In this document: positions 19,214-28,042 of the stretch, in pieces
Layout: each line of letters starts with the position of its first letter
Position numbering within the stretch: the first letter of the stretch is position 1
Assembly: GCA_039815375.1 (NCBI GenBank)
Contig: JBCBZJ010000011.1
Location: 38,192-102,191, forward strand
Length of the DNA: 64,000 bases
Source of the DNA: Verrucomicrobiota bacterium
GTDB taxonomy: Bacteria > Verrucomicrobiota > Verrucomicrobiia > Opitutales > Coraliomargaritaceae
Reading direction: 5' to 3'
Translations under genes and position numbers: made by a program
Notes under the pieces: generated by a model
The model's input: the letters and a program-made list of their open reading frames with translations, nothing else
The model's database searches: none
Told to the model about the DNA's origin: nothing

Positions 19214-19936
19214 ATGAAGAAATCTAACGTTTTCGTGTCTTTATCTGCGTTTGTGTTGTTTAGCTCCATTTCAACAGCACAGACCGATATCATTCTTGCG
19301 CTCGACTTTGAATCGGGGACGCCAACAACAAATGTTGATACCGATTGGACTTCCTTTGTTCCCACAGAAACTGGTGGAGGCAGCCTTGCCAGTATTACTG
19401 TTGGAGCTATAACATTTACTCAAACTGCAGATGTAGGTGCGAATGATGCTAGTAGTGGCGCTACCGGCTTTTTTGGTGCGGTCCCGTTATTAGCAGGAGG
19501 AGAGACATTTCTCCAAGATGGAATGGCGTCGCAACCGGCACTTGGCGGCTATGGTACTTTTGAAATTTCCGGTCTAGATGTTGGAACGGAGTACTTATTT
19601 CAGTTTGTCGGCGACATCAATTTCTCGGGAGCTGACACAGGCGGAAAGCTATCTCGTGACCTAACTATGACAATAAACGGGACTGATTCGGTTGACCTCT
19701 GGCCAGGTGATGATGCTCCAAATGGTTCCAATAGACTCTTAGCCTATTCGCAGGCGATCTCATATACTCCAACCACCACTGATCCTATTGAAGTTGCCTT
19801 TACGGCCAATGGAGCTGGTAACAAATATGTATCCGGTCTGATTGTTGCGACAATTCCAGAACCATCTACATACGTGCTCCTTGCCGGACTGACCGTATTT
19901 AGCTCAATTGTGCTACGTCGGAATCGTCGCAAATAA
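19214..19936 (+). CDS. PEP-CTERM sorting-domain surface protein
   Basis: Signal peptide MKKSNVFVSLSAFVLFSSISTA; Thr/Gly/Asp-rich body; C-terminus IPEPSTYVLLAGLTVFSSIVLRRNRRK. Confidence 0.92.
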   Translation: MKKSNVFVSLSAFVLFSSISTAQTDIILALDFESGTPTTNVDTDWTSFVPTETGGGSLASITVGAITFTQTADVGANDASSGATGFFGAVPLLAGGETFLQDGMASQPALGGYGTFEISGLDVGTEYLFQFVGDINFSGADTGGKLSRDLTMTINGTDSVDLWPGDDAPNGSNRLLAYSQAISYTPTTTDPIEVAFTANGAGNKYVSGLIVATIPEPSTYVLLAGLTVFSSIVLRRNRRK

Positions 19937-19963
19937 TACTTAAGAGTTAAACTAAGCTTTCTT

Positions 19964-19998
19964 AGGCCGTAGTCTCTGGAGACTACGGCCTTTTTTTT
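19964..19998 (+). terminator. Rho-independent terminator
   Basis: AGGCCGTAGTCTC-TG-GAGACTACGGCCT perfect inverted repeat plus T tract, just after the PEP-CTERM gene. Confidence 0.88.
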
Positions 19999-20106
19999 GG
20001 TAATTTCACTAAATTACCTCCAGAATGTTAAATTCATGGGCAGTTTTACCTCGAAGACCCAAGCCCAGTTCAGCTCCCCGGCTCGCCACACTCAAAAAAT
20101 GAGAAC

Positions 20107-22263
20107 ATGCGTCTACCCCAGTATCTATTATTTATAGTCTATTATGTTCACTCAGCCACGGCCCTGACGATCCAGTTTGACGTTGGAGCCTCATCGAGTA
20201 GTTTTTTTACACTCACATTGAATGCCTCAACCGGCAGCTTGGTCGCCTCTGATCCGGAATTCAGCCCAAGTAGCGCGGGCACAATTGGCGGCACAACTTC
20301 CGGCAGCACATTCGCCGTTTCGATTACCGGCATCGGTAACGTTGACGGAACCAGTCCTTTTGATCCGGACACATGGACCGGTGGCGATGACAGTCAATCT
20401 ATTGCCTTGCAAACTCAAGGCCTCGGCATCGTTGGGGATAGCAATAACAACGTCCAGCGAGGTGAGGCATTCGTGCTTGAATTCGATCTCAGCAGTCTTG
20501 CCGCGAACGATACTGTCTATTTGACCGGAACCGGGTTTAACATTGATTTCTTTGAGGTCTACAAGCGCAATGTATCGGTTCCGATCGGCACTTCCGGTGC
20601 CGGGGATAAGATCTCAGGCACTCCAGCATCATCGTTTACCTTTAACGAAGAAGTTCAAACAGATGACCAGTTTCTCATCTACGGCACCGTTGGTTCCAAT
20701 GGTCCTAGATGGACTAGCCTATCGCTGGAAGTTGTTTCAATCGAGCCAATCATTCCCGAGATACAAAGCATCTTCATGCTCGAAGGCGGCAAACAGCTGA
20801 GGTTTGACTGGACTTCATCGTTCGGCCAACAGTTCGACATCACAAAGAGTGAAACACTGGAGCCAACGGACTGGGTGCTCGACGTCGAGAGTCTGCCCGC
20901 CTCAGCCAACGGCACCACAAGCTACACCGTTGACACCACTTCCAGCCCATCAGCTGAGTTTTACAAAGTTCAGCTCAAAGAGGAACGCATTCCCCTCCCG
21001 AACGTCATCCTACTATTTGCCGACGACCTCGGCTACGGTGACCTCGCCTGCTATGGTCATCCCTATGCGAAAACGCCCAATCTGGATCGCCTGGCAGCAC
21101 AAGGCACCCAATTCATGAAGTTCAATGTCACAGGTGCAACCTGTAATCCAAGCCGAACAGGATTACTCACCAGTTGGCTTCCTCAAGCCTACCCGCTCAA
21201 TACCGGAACTAGCGGATTCAAACAAGCTGAGTTTGGCTACTTTGATCGGGTCACGGTTACTGAACTCTTAAAGAGCGCAGGCTACACAACCGCTCTTATA
21301 GGAAAATGGCATATTGGGAAACCTGAACCGACTGACGCATTTTATGAGCCCTATGGATTGGACTACGTCAGTATCAGAGGAGGAGGAGGCAAAGCTCTGC
21401 GGGGTCGTGACGAAGGGATATACGAGGAAGCCATTGAATTCATTGAAGCAAACTACGAGGAGCCGTTCTACCTGAATGTTATGGGGCGAGTGACGCACAA
21501 TCCCGTCGATCCCAGACCTGAGCTAGTGGTATCAGCCGGTTTCAGCGATCTGGTCGTCGACCGTGATGAGTTTAAAGGCAGCCAAATTCAAGGTATGTTC
21601 GACAGGGTCGAAACCGCAACCGTCGGCGACCAGAGTATCCATACCAGTATGGCCAATTACCTGACCGAGGTCTACTATCTGGATCAATTCATCGGCGAGC
21701 TTCTCGACAAATTGGACGAGCTTGGCATCGCCGACAACACCATCGTCATGTTCTCCAGTGACCAGGGAGCGGCACCGGTGGGTCCCAGTGTCGAACGCGA
21801 AACCAACCTCGTCGGCTATTCCGGCGGACTGCGCGGGCAGAAGCATACACAGTATGAGGGAGGCCTTCGCTCCCCATGCATCATGCGCTGGCCGGGATTC
21901 ATCCCCGCAGGCAAAGTCAACACCGAATCGATTTTCTCTGCCCTGGACTGGCTGCCGACTCTTTGCCGGATTGCGGACGTCCCAATTGACAGCAATGAAT
22001 TTCATGGCGAAGACGTTCTTGATATCTGGATGGGCTCCGACCGCTCACGAAACGGCCCACAGTTCTGGAAAAATTCGCTTAAGTATTTGAATGATAACGG
22101 TGAGTGGCGCTGCTACTTTCAGAATAACAGTCAAACCCCAATTGAACTCTACAACCTATCTATTGATATCGCAGAGACCAACAATCTACTCGATGAAGAG
22201 CCGGAGCTAGTCGAGCAATTGATCGAAATATGGGAAGCCTGGACAGCAACACTCCCTGAATAA
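20107..22263 (+). CDS. Modular sulfatase: ~290-aa N-terminal non-catalytic modules fused to an S1 sulfatase
   Basis: Sulfatase domain starts near aa 298 (PNVILLFADDLGYGD, TCNPSRTGLLT, IGKWHIG, SSDQG, YEGGLRSP). The N-terminal region is Ser/Thr/Gly-rich. Confidence 0.87.
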   Translation: MRLPQYLLFIVYYVHSATALTIQFDVGASSSSFFTLTLNASTGSLVASDPEFSPSSAGTIGGTTSGSTFAVSITGIGNVDGTSPFDPDTWTGGDDSQSIALQTQGLGIVGDSNNNVQRGEAFVLEFDLSSLAANDTVYLTGTGFNIDFFEVYKRNVSVPIGTSGAGDKISGTPASSFTFNEEVQTDDQFLIYGTVGSNGPRWTSLSLEVVSIEPIIPEIQSIFMLEGGKQLRFDWTSSFGQQFDITKSETLEPTDWVLDVESLPASANGTTSYTVDTTSSPSAEFYKVQLKEERIPLPNVILLFADDLGYGDLACYGHPYAKTPNLDRLAAQGTQFMKFNVTGATCNPSRTGLLTSWLPQAYPLNTGTSGFKQAEFGYFDRVTVTELLKSAGYTTALIGKWHIGKPEPTDAFYEPYGLDYVSIRGGGGKALRGRDEGIYEEAIEFIEANYEEPFYLNVMGRVTHNPVDPRPELVVSAGFSDLVVDRDEFKGSQIQGMFDRVETATVGDQSIHTSMANYLTEVYYLDQFIGELLDKLDELGIADNTIVMFSSDQGAAPVGPSVERETNLVGYSGGLRGQKHTQYEGGLRSPCIMRWPGFIPAGKVNTESIFSALDWLPTLCRIADVPIDSNEFHGEDVLDIWMGSDRSRNGPQFWKNSLKYLNDNGEWRCYFQNNSQTPIELYNLSIDIAETNNLLDEEPELVEQLIEIWEAWTATLPE

Positions 22264-22524
22264 ACTAGCTTAGTATGTCGGCAGCCCAGCTTCTGGCAGG
22301 AAGCACAAACTCCACTTGCAATTTTTCCAGCAACAGACTTGTGCTGACGTTGTATCTGCTAACCCAGAGTATAAACACAGCACCCAACAAGTGATTTGGC
22401 AATTTGACCGATACAATTTTACCTTTTCGCGACTCTTTCCTAAGTGTTACACTAGTAAGGCTTAAGAGATTAAACCAAAAGCCCTCGATTACTATCAAAA
22501 GTCATTTCAGGGCCTGAGCTCGAT

Positions 22525-23964
22525 ATGACTAAACGTTTCATGAAAAAAAAATTCGTTTTACTCTACATTCTAAGTTGCATCATCAGCAGCACAGTATTCT
22601 CAAACACCCCCAACATCATCTACATCAACACCGATGATTGGGGGATCGGTAAAGTGCCATGCTACGGACTGGATGAGGCCAGTGTGAAAAGCCTTAGGAC
22701 TCCCAATCTGGATCGCTTGCGTGCAGAGGGCATGCTCTTTACCCGCGCCTACGCAGGCAACGCCGTATGCGGCCCCTCCCGCAATAGCCTTATAACCGGA
22801 AAACACGGCGGACACGCCGCCTGGCGCGCCAATGCCCCGAGGATGTCTGCCGCGATCTGGCCGCCGAAGGATCCGATGTTGGGCGAGGTGGCCCGCCAAG
22901 CAGGCTATAACACTGCAGCCTTTGGCAAAATCAGCGCGGGAGGTCATCACAAACCCGAGGACATCACCAGGGTGGGCTGGGATTACTGGATGGGCTATCT
23001 CGGGCACATTGATTGCCGCTCGTTCTACAATAATCATATTTGGGTCAATGAAGAGAAAACCCCAATTCCTGAAAATGATCCGGAAAAGCTCAAACCCCAT
23101 GTGCCGGTGCTCGGCGAACACGGCGTCTTCACCGAAGACCTTTATACCGATACCATCATCGACTTTATGGGCAAGAGCAAGCAAGAGGGAAAACCCTTCT
23201 TCGTCTACTACGCAAGCTGCGTGCCACATGGAGATTCTAGCAAAATCCCATTCAATGGCCTCTGGGTCCCAGATATGGAAGGCTACGATCAAATGCCATG
23301 GAAAGAAAGGGAACAGCTCTATGCTGCACTCATCACCCGCCACGACCGCAATGTCGGCCGCCTGATGGACGCAGTGAAGCAGCTCGGTATCGAGAAAGAT
23401 ACGATCATCCTATGGACTTCAGACAATGGCGACGAAAACAGCTATTACGGCAAGACCAATAGATGGAAGGGCAACGGCCCCTTCCGCATGTTCAAGCGCT
23501 ACCTTTACGAAGGTGGTATTCGAGTCCCCTTGCTGGCCTGGTGGCCCGGCACTATCGAGCCTGGAAGCACCTGCGACCTGCAGACTACTCAGTATGATCT
23601 CATACCCACCATCGCGGACATCGGTGGACAACCAGTCACAGAAGCCATGGACGGAATTTCAATCTATCCTACCCTAAGAGGACAACCTGCCCGACAAACC
23701 GAACGCGACTATCTCTACTGGGAATTCTATGAGAAACTGCCACAACAGGCGGTCCACCTGAACGACCACTGGAAGGCTTACAGAGCTAATGGAGCCAACG
23801 GGAAATGGGAGCTCTATGATCTATCCAAGGATATCGGAGAGGAGCACGACCTCGCTGCCCAACATCCCGAAATCATCAAACAAATCGAAGCGATCGCAGC
23901 CAAGGAGCACACCCCCCACCCGAAATGGAAACTTCCTGGCATCGATACCAGGGCATCCAAATAG
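22525..23964 (+). CDS. Sulfatase (S1)
   Basis: PNIIYINTDDWG, VCGPSRNSLITG, TSDNG, LYEGGIRVP, YLYWEFYE, LYDLSKDIGEEHDLA. Confidence 0.92.
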   Translation: MTKRFMKKKFVLLYILSCIISSTVFSNTPNIIYINTDDWGIGKVPCYGLDEASVKSLRTPNLDRLRAEGMLFTRAYAGNAVCGPSRNSLITGKHGGHAAWRANAPRMSAAIWPPKDPMLGEVARQAGYNTAAFGKISAGGHHKPEDITRVGWDYWMGYLGHIDCRSFYNNHIWVNEEKTPIPENDPEKLKPHVPVLGEHGVFTEDLYTDTIIDFMGKSKQEGKPFFVYYASCVPHGDSSKIPFNGLWVPDMEGYDQMPWKEREQLYAALITRHDRNVGRLMDAVKQLGIEKDTIILWTSDNGDENSYYGKTNRWKGNGPFRMFKRYLYEGGIRVPLLAWWPGTIEPGSTCDLQTTQYDLIPTIADIGGQPVTEAMDGISIYPTLRGQPARQTERDYLYWEFYEKLPQQAVHLNDHWKAYRANGANGKWELYDLSKDIGEEHDLAAQHPEIIKQIEAIAAKEHTPHPKWKLPGIDTRASK

Positions 23965-24025
23965 TAGGTGCCTGATCAGAGTAACAACGAATTTGCTGGA
24001 CGCACTCAATTCAGGCCAAACCCTT

Positions 24026-27000
24026 TTAATCAGTGGCGATATAATCCCTATCGGCCTGCGAGAGTTGTTCGAGACGAACTTCGCGCCGCGAGCCATTGAG
24101 TTCCTCCAAGATCACAACACTGCCTCGTATTGAAACCAAGCGTGCCTGGATCTTGCTACCAGCAGTACTGGTCCAAATGCGCGTTTCCATTTTTGGGGCC
24201 GACTTTACTGCAGATGTATCCTCAAGGAAAGCGCGGTCTTGAGGCGAGAGCTGATCGATACCAATGGTCAGGCGTCGACCATTCGAACCTTCAAGTGTAA
24301 CGGAAGTCCCCTCACGCCGAATCAGTTTCGCTTCCAACTGGCTCCCTCTGGCACTGGTCCAGCTGCGCATTTCATTGGCGTCCGTTTTTTCACTAGCTGC
24401 AGTCGAACTTCTGGAACTCGGTGGCACCTGGTTTGCGACAATAGCAGATGATGTGGGACGGCTGCTGTTTACCGTTAAAGGAAGCGACAAAACCGGCCCC
24501 GGCGCATGAACAGTGGCAACCGCTGATTCCGATCCGGCACTTACCGTAACTTGCAATATGTATTGGCCTGCAGCCGTGAAATCAGCATCCGTTTGTAACG
24601 CGTTCGGATTTTTGAAAGTAACTTCTCCGGGACCAGACAATTTCTCCCAGCGCACGCTTATGCCTGCATCCAACATCTCCAAATCACGCACGCGTGCTTT
24701 AAGATTAACCGGTCCGTCCGCGAACTCACGATTCGACCAGGCTACGACCCGCGGACCGAACAACCCATCGCCGTTCCAATCATAAAGTGGCGACCAGATC
24801 TGACCGGCTGCCTGTGCAGGTAGAATGACATCCTGCAGGCCACCCCAGCCAACCCGATCCCGGAGTTGGGTATAGTAGAGTGAGCGTGGCGTTACGTTGT
24901 TTCCGTGCGATTCAATAATACCCTGTGGTTGCTTGGCTTTTAGCGCATAGCCGTCCTTTAATGGGCCAATACAACCGACACTGTAACTTTGTGCCCCGAC
25001 CGGTGCATCGCAAATGACCGCCAAGGCATGACAATTCCACAACATCATAGTCACACCCGTCCAGCCGTGGCCGCTTCGCCCACCCTCGCCCCGATTACGG
25101 ACTTCGAGGCGGTGTGTGGTTTTAACATTGTCATAGAGATGGCCCTTAGCCCAACCCAAGTGCGGACCACTGGAGCCACTGCTGCGATCGCCGCGCATAT
25201 CCACAAATGCATTCGGCCCCGGCGTACCGGAGCCGGTTTGGATAAAGCGCTGGTTATTATATGAATACAAACGCTGTAGTAACAAATTCTGCGGGCCATC
25301 GATTCCAAAACAGGAACGCGCCAAGCCACTGAGCGGTGCCACCTGATGGATGTTCGCCGAGTCTTCAATCGTGCCGAAAATGCTGGTGCCGGTTGTCTTA
25401 ACGAGGAAATCCCGGAAATACTGTCCGACCACCTGACGCACCCAGAAGTTTCGGCAGGATTCAATACGAACCGGATGCTGCGGGTGCTCGTCGCTGATAA
25501 AGCTCTCGATCACCGCTTCGAAACGAATGGCCTCAAGGCCAATATTCCGCACCGCATTCGCCTGCATGGTTTTAACCGCACTAAGCTCCCCGTAACGGGT
25601 GTTTAACGGCTGTATAATGGTGGAGTCGACGGTGATCCCGTCACCCTCGATAGCCGTGATCTGGTGTCGATTTGTTATAACGCGTCCGGGCTTGTCCCAG
25701 GCGGTGGCAATATCCTCGATCCAAAGCTGGTTGGTCTTGATCGACACCGCAATCTCATCACCCACCTTGAATTTGGAAGCATCGGAGACCCGGAAGCCCT
25801 TTGCCCCGGTCGGCACGAAACTATCCGGAAGCAACACTTGGCTATTTCTGTCTTGCCGACTGCGTCCGCTGGGATTGTCACCCATTCGAACGGCGTCAAT
25901 TCGCTTGGTTGAATCAACCAGTATCCGTGTGCCTCCCACCTCATCGCAGCCTGCACCGCGCAGGACGACCCCGCTCTTATTCATAAGGATCGTGTCGGTA
26001 ATAACATACGTTCCAGCCTTGAGCCGCACTGCACCGCAAAATCCATTGGCGTCTTTCGGCATTGCCGCGACCTTGTCAATGGCTGCCTGAATGGCTGGAA
26101 GGTCGTCACCACCACTGGGGCTCAGAGTGATTTTTGCCGGCACAAAGGGGATCGGAACACCACCCCCCTTATAGCCGGCACGAGAATAGTCCGGAATCAT
26201 GTTGTCGGCATTGGACTCGCCATTGTTGGCATATTTGCCGTAGACCAAGCGGCCATCGACCTCCTTGGCGAGCTCCGTCACTCCCGGAGCCTGTGGCAGT
26301 GGCGGCGCGAGATCCAGAATATGGATATTATCGATGATGTAAGCGACCCGCTCACCATTGCCGCCCCGAATTCGCCAAGCATAGCGCCCGATGCCATTTT
26401 CGCCCTCTTGGCTGATCTCCAGCATTGGCTCGGTCTTGATCAGCTTGCCGTCTATATAGTATGTCACCGAATTCGGTTTCAAAATTCCAGGGCGCCCTTT
26501 GGGATCGGTGTAATCCAGCTCACTTTCCTTATCATTGGCATAGACATCCATGCGATGTGAGCGTCCGTCAGAGACATCATGTCCTGCAAAAGTGCCGTCT
26601 GGCATTAACGGCTCACTCGTCAGCCTAAAGTCCTTTTTTCCCCACTCAAAGCCACGGCCATTACCAATTAGGACTACATCCATTTCCGCCGCTCCCGCTT
26701 CTCCCTCGACATAGGCAAAGTCGAAAGTCCAACGCACGGCCGATAGCTGAGCATCTTTCGTGTCGATAAAGTTGATCGCCATTGCTGTCTGCGCCTTTGC
26801 ATCTTCATGGTAAAGCATAAGTCCCGTGCCGTAACCATGACCAGCCGTGTTCTCCGCCCCCTGAACAAATGCCAGCCCGCGCCTCTTCTCCGGCTGGGTC
26901 GGCTCAATCAAACTCCCCGGAAAGAAATAGGGCGACGCTCCCTCCGGATTATTGCCGCGCTCCCAATCGTCATAGTAATAATAGTCGTCCTTGTGCGTCC

Positions 27001-27655
27001 CCTCCGGCAAAGGTGACGGAGCCGGATCTGCTAATACATTGAAGCTCAAGCCTGTGAGACCGACATTGGCACCCGCCTCAGGTGTAATCGTGAAGGTATC
27101 ATGCCGACGAAGAGTAAATCCATTAACTGACATTTTTCTCCCTGCGGTGACACTGCTCGCCCTACTTTGATAAGCATCGGCCAATTGAACCTTAGCAAGA
27201 TTACCTACGTCGCGACTGAAAGACAAATCTTCGAACTGTACCTGGACATCCCCTTGACTAACAACCCACTCCAACGAACGCGCCGCAGAGATAGTTCCAG
27301 AATCGTCGATCATTAAGTTTGGCTGCCCACGCAGCTCCATAATGAAGCCCGTGCCGAACAAAGCCTGATCCTGTACGCGCCCTACTGATCCATCCCATGA
27401 GTTCAGCGCCTTAACAACTGCGGGGTTACGGCTCAGCGGAATTGCATCGAGTTGAACCTCACCAAGATGATCGATTCTAAACTCCAGCCGTAAAGGCCGA
27501 CCCGCATCCAGCTCAGCACGACCTGTCACCGCTCCGGCACCTGCATCAAAATCGACAACTACAGCAACTTTAGATTTATCTGCAACGAGTGACCCAGTTC
27601 CCAAAGCGAATGCTAGCAGGATCGCTCGACTACAAAAGGGGTAATTCATTTTCAT
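24026..27655 (-). CDS. Large exported multidomain protein: unknown N-terminal domains, right-handed beta-helix (pectate-lyase-like) core, PKD-like domain, two SHD1 domains
   Basis: IPDYSRAGYKGGG, GDDLPAIQAAID, GAVRLKAGTY, SGVVLRGAG (beta-helix N-cap); WEKLSGPGEVTF..GQYILQVTV (PKD-like); two RxWTSxxGSxxxAxL..LSxxDRxxx repeats (SHD1). Confidence 0.8.
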   Translation of the reverse strand: MKMNYPFCSRAILLAFALGTGSLVADKSKVAVVVDFDAGAGAVTGRAELDAGRPLRLEFRIDHLGEVQLDAIPLSRNPAVVKALNSWDGSVGRVQDQALFGTGFIMELRGQPNLMIDDSGTISAARSLEWVVSQGDVQVQFEDLSFSRDVGNLAKVQLADAYQSRASSVTAGRKMSVNGFTLRRHDTFTITPEAGANVGLTGLSFNVLADPAPSPLPEGTHKDDYYYYDDWERGNNPEGASPYFFPGSLIEPTQPEKRRGLAFVQGAENTAGHGYGTGLMLYHEDAKAQTAMAINFIDTKDAQLSAVRWTFDFAYVEGEAGAAEMDVVLIGNGRGFEWGKKDFRLTSEPLMPDGTFAGHDVSDGRSHRMDVYANDKESELDYTDPKGRPGILKPNSVTYYIDGKLIKTEPMLEISQEGENGIGRYAWRIRGGNGERVAYIIDNIHILDLAPPLPQAPGVTELAKEVDGRLVYGKYANNGESNADNMIPDYSRAGYKGGGVPIPFVPAKITLSPSGGDDLPAIQAAIDKVAAMPKDANGFCGAVRLKAGTYVITDTILMNKSGVVLRGAGCDEVGGTRILVDSTKRIDAVRMGDNPSGRSRQDRNSQVLLPDSFVPTGAKGFRVSDASKFKVGDEIAVSIKTNQLWIEDIATAWDKPGRVITNRHQITAIEGDGITVDSTIIQPLNTRYGELSAVKTMQANAVRNIGLEAIRFEAVIESFISDEHPQHPVRIESCRNFWVRQVVGQYFRDFLVKTTGTSIFGTIEDSANIHQVAPLSGLARSCFGIDGPQNLLLQRLYSYNNQRFIQTGSGTPGPNAFVDMRGDRSSGSSGPHLGWAKGHLYDNVKTTHRLEVRNRGEGGRSGHGWTGVTMMLWNCHALAVICDAPVGAQSYSVGCIGPLKDGYALKAKQPQGIIESHGNNVTPRSLYYTQLRDRVGWGGLQDVILPAQAAGQIWSPLYDWNGDGLFGPRVVAWSNREFADGPVNLKARVRDLEMLDAGISVRWEKLSGPGEVTFKNPNALQTDADFTAAGQYILQVTVSAGSESAVATVHAPGPVLSLPLTVNSSRPTSSAIVANQVPPSSRSSTAASEKTDANEMRSWTSARGSQLEAKLIRREGTSVTLEGSNGRRLTIGIDQLSPQDRAFLEDTSAVKSAPKMETRIWTSTAGSKIQARLVSIRGSVVILEELNGSRREVRLEQLSQADRDYIATD

Positions 27656-27925
27656 CAATCTCTCACCAAAAACAGAAAATTCTTGGAGTTACTTTATTGT
27701 CCACAGTGTTATACAGGTAACAAGTCCTTATGATTAGGCTGTATGACCGACAAATTAAAAAAGAAGAGTTGGCTGCCTTCGATGTGTATCGATAATCTCT
27801 GTAAAATCATTCTATATAGTGGTATCATACTGAGACAAAATAATATGTATCGGCAGAGCCAGTAGTTCTAATTGTCGGTAATATAGCCCAATTGACGATT
27901 TCTGTGCTATAGGCTATGTTATTAA

Positions 27926-27975
27926 GCTACTTGATACAAAATAATATCTCCTGTGAGTGACTTATATCAAGTAGC
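27926..27975. promoter_or_regulatory. 11-bp perfect inverted repeat in a divergent promoter region (candidate operator)
   Basis: GCTACTTGATA (27926-27936), 28-nt spacer, TATCAAGTAGC (27965-27975); lies between the divergent beta-helix and GH110 genes, with TTGACA at 27981. Confidence 0.45.
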
Positions 27976-28042
27976 CCATTTTGACACCGTAAATCGAACA
28001 ACTGATATACATATCAAACGACTTTAAGATTAAGAAAAAATT

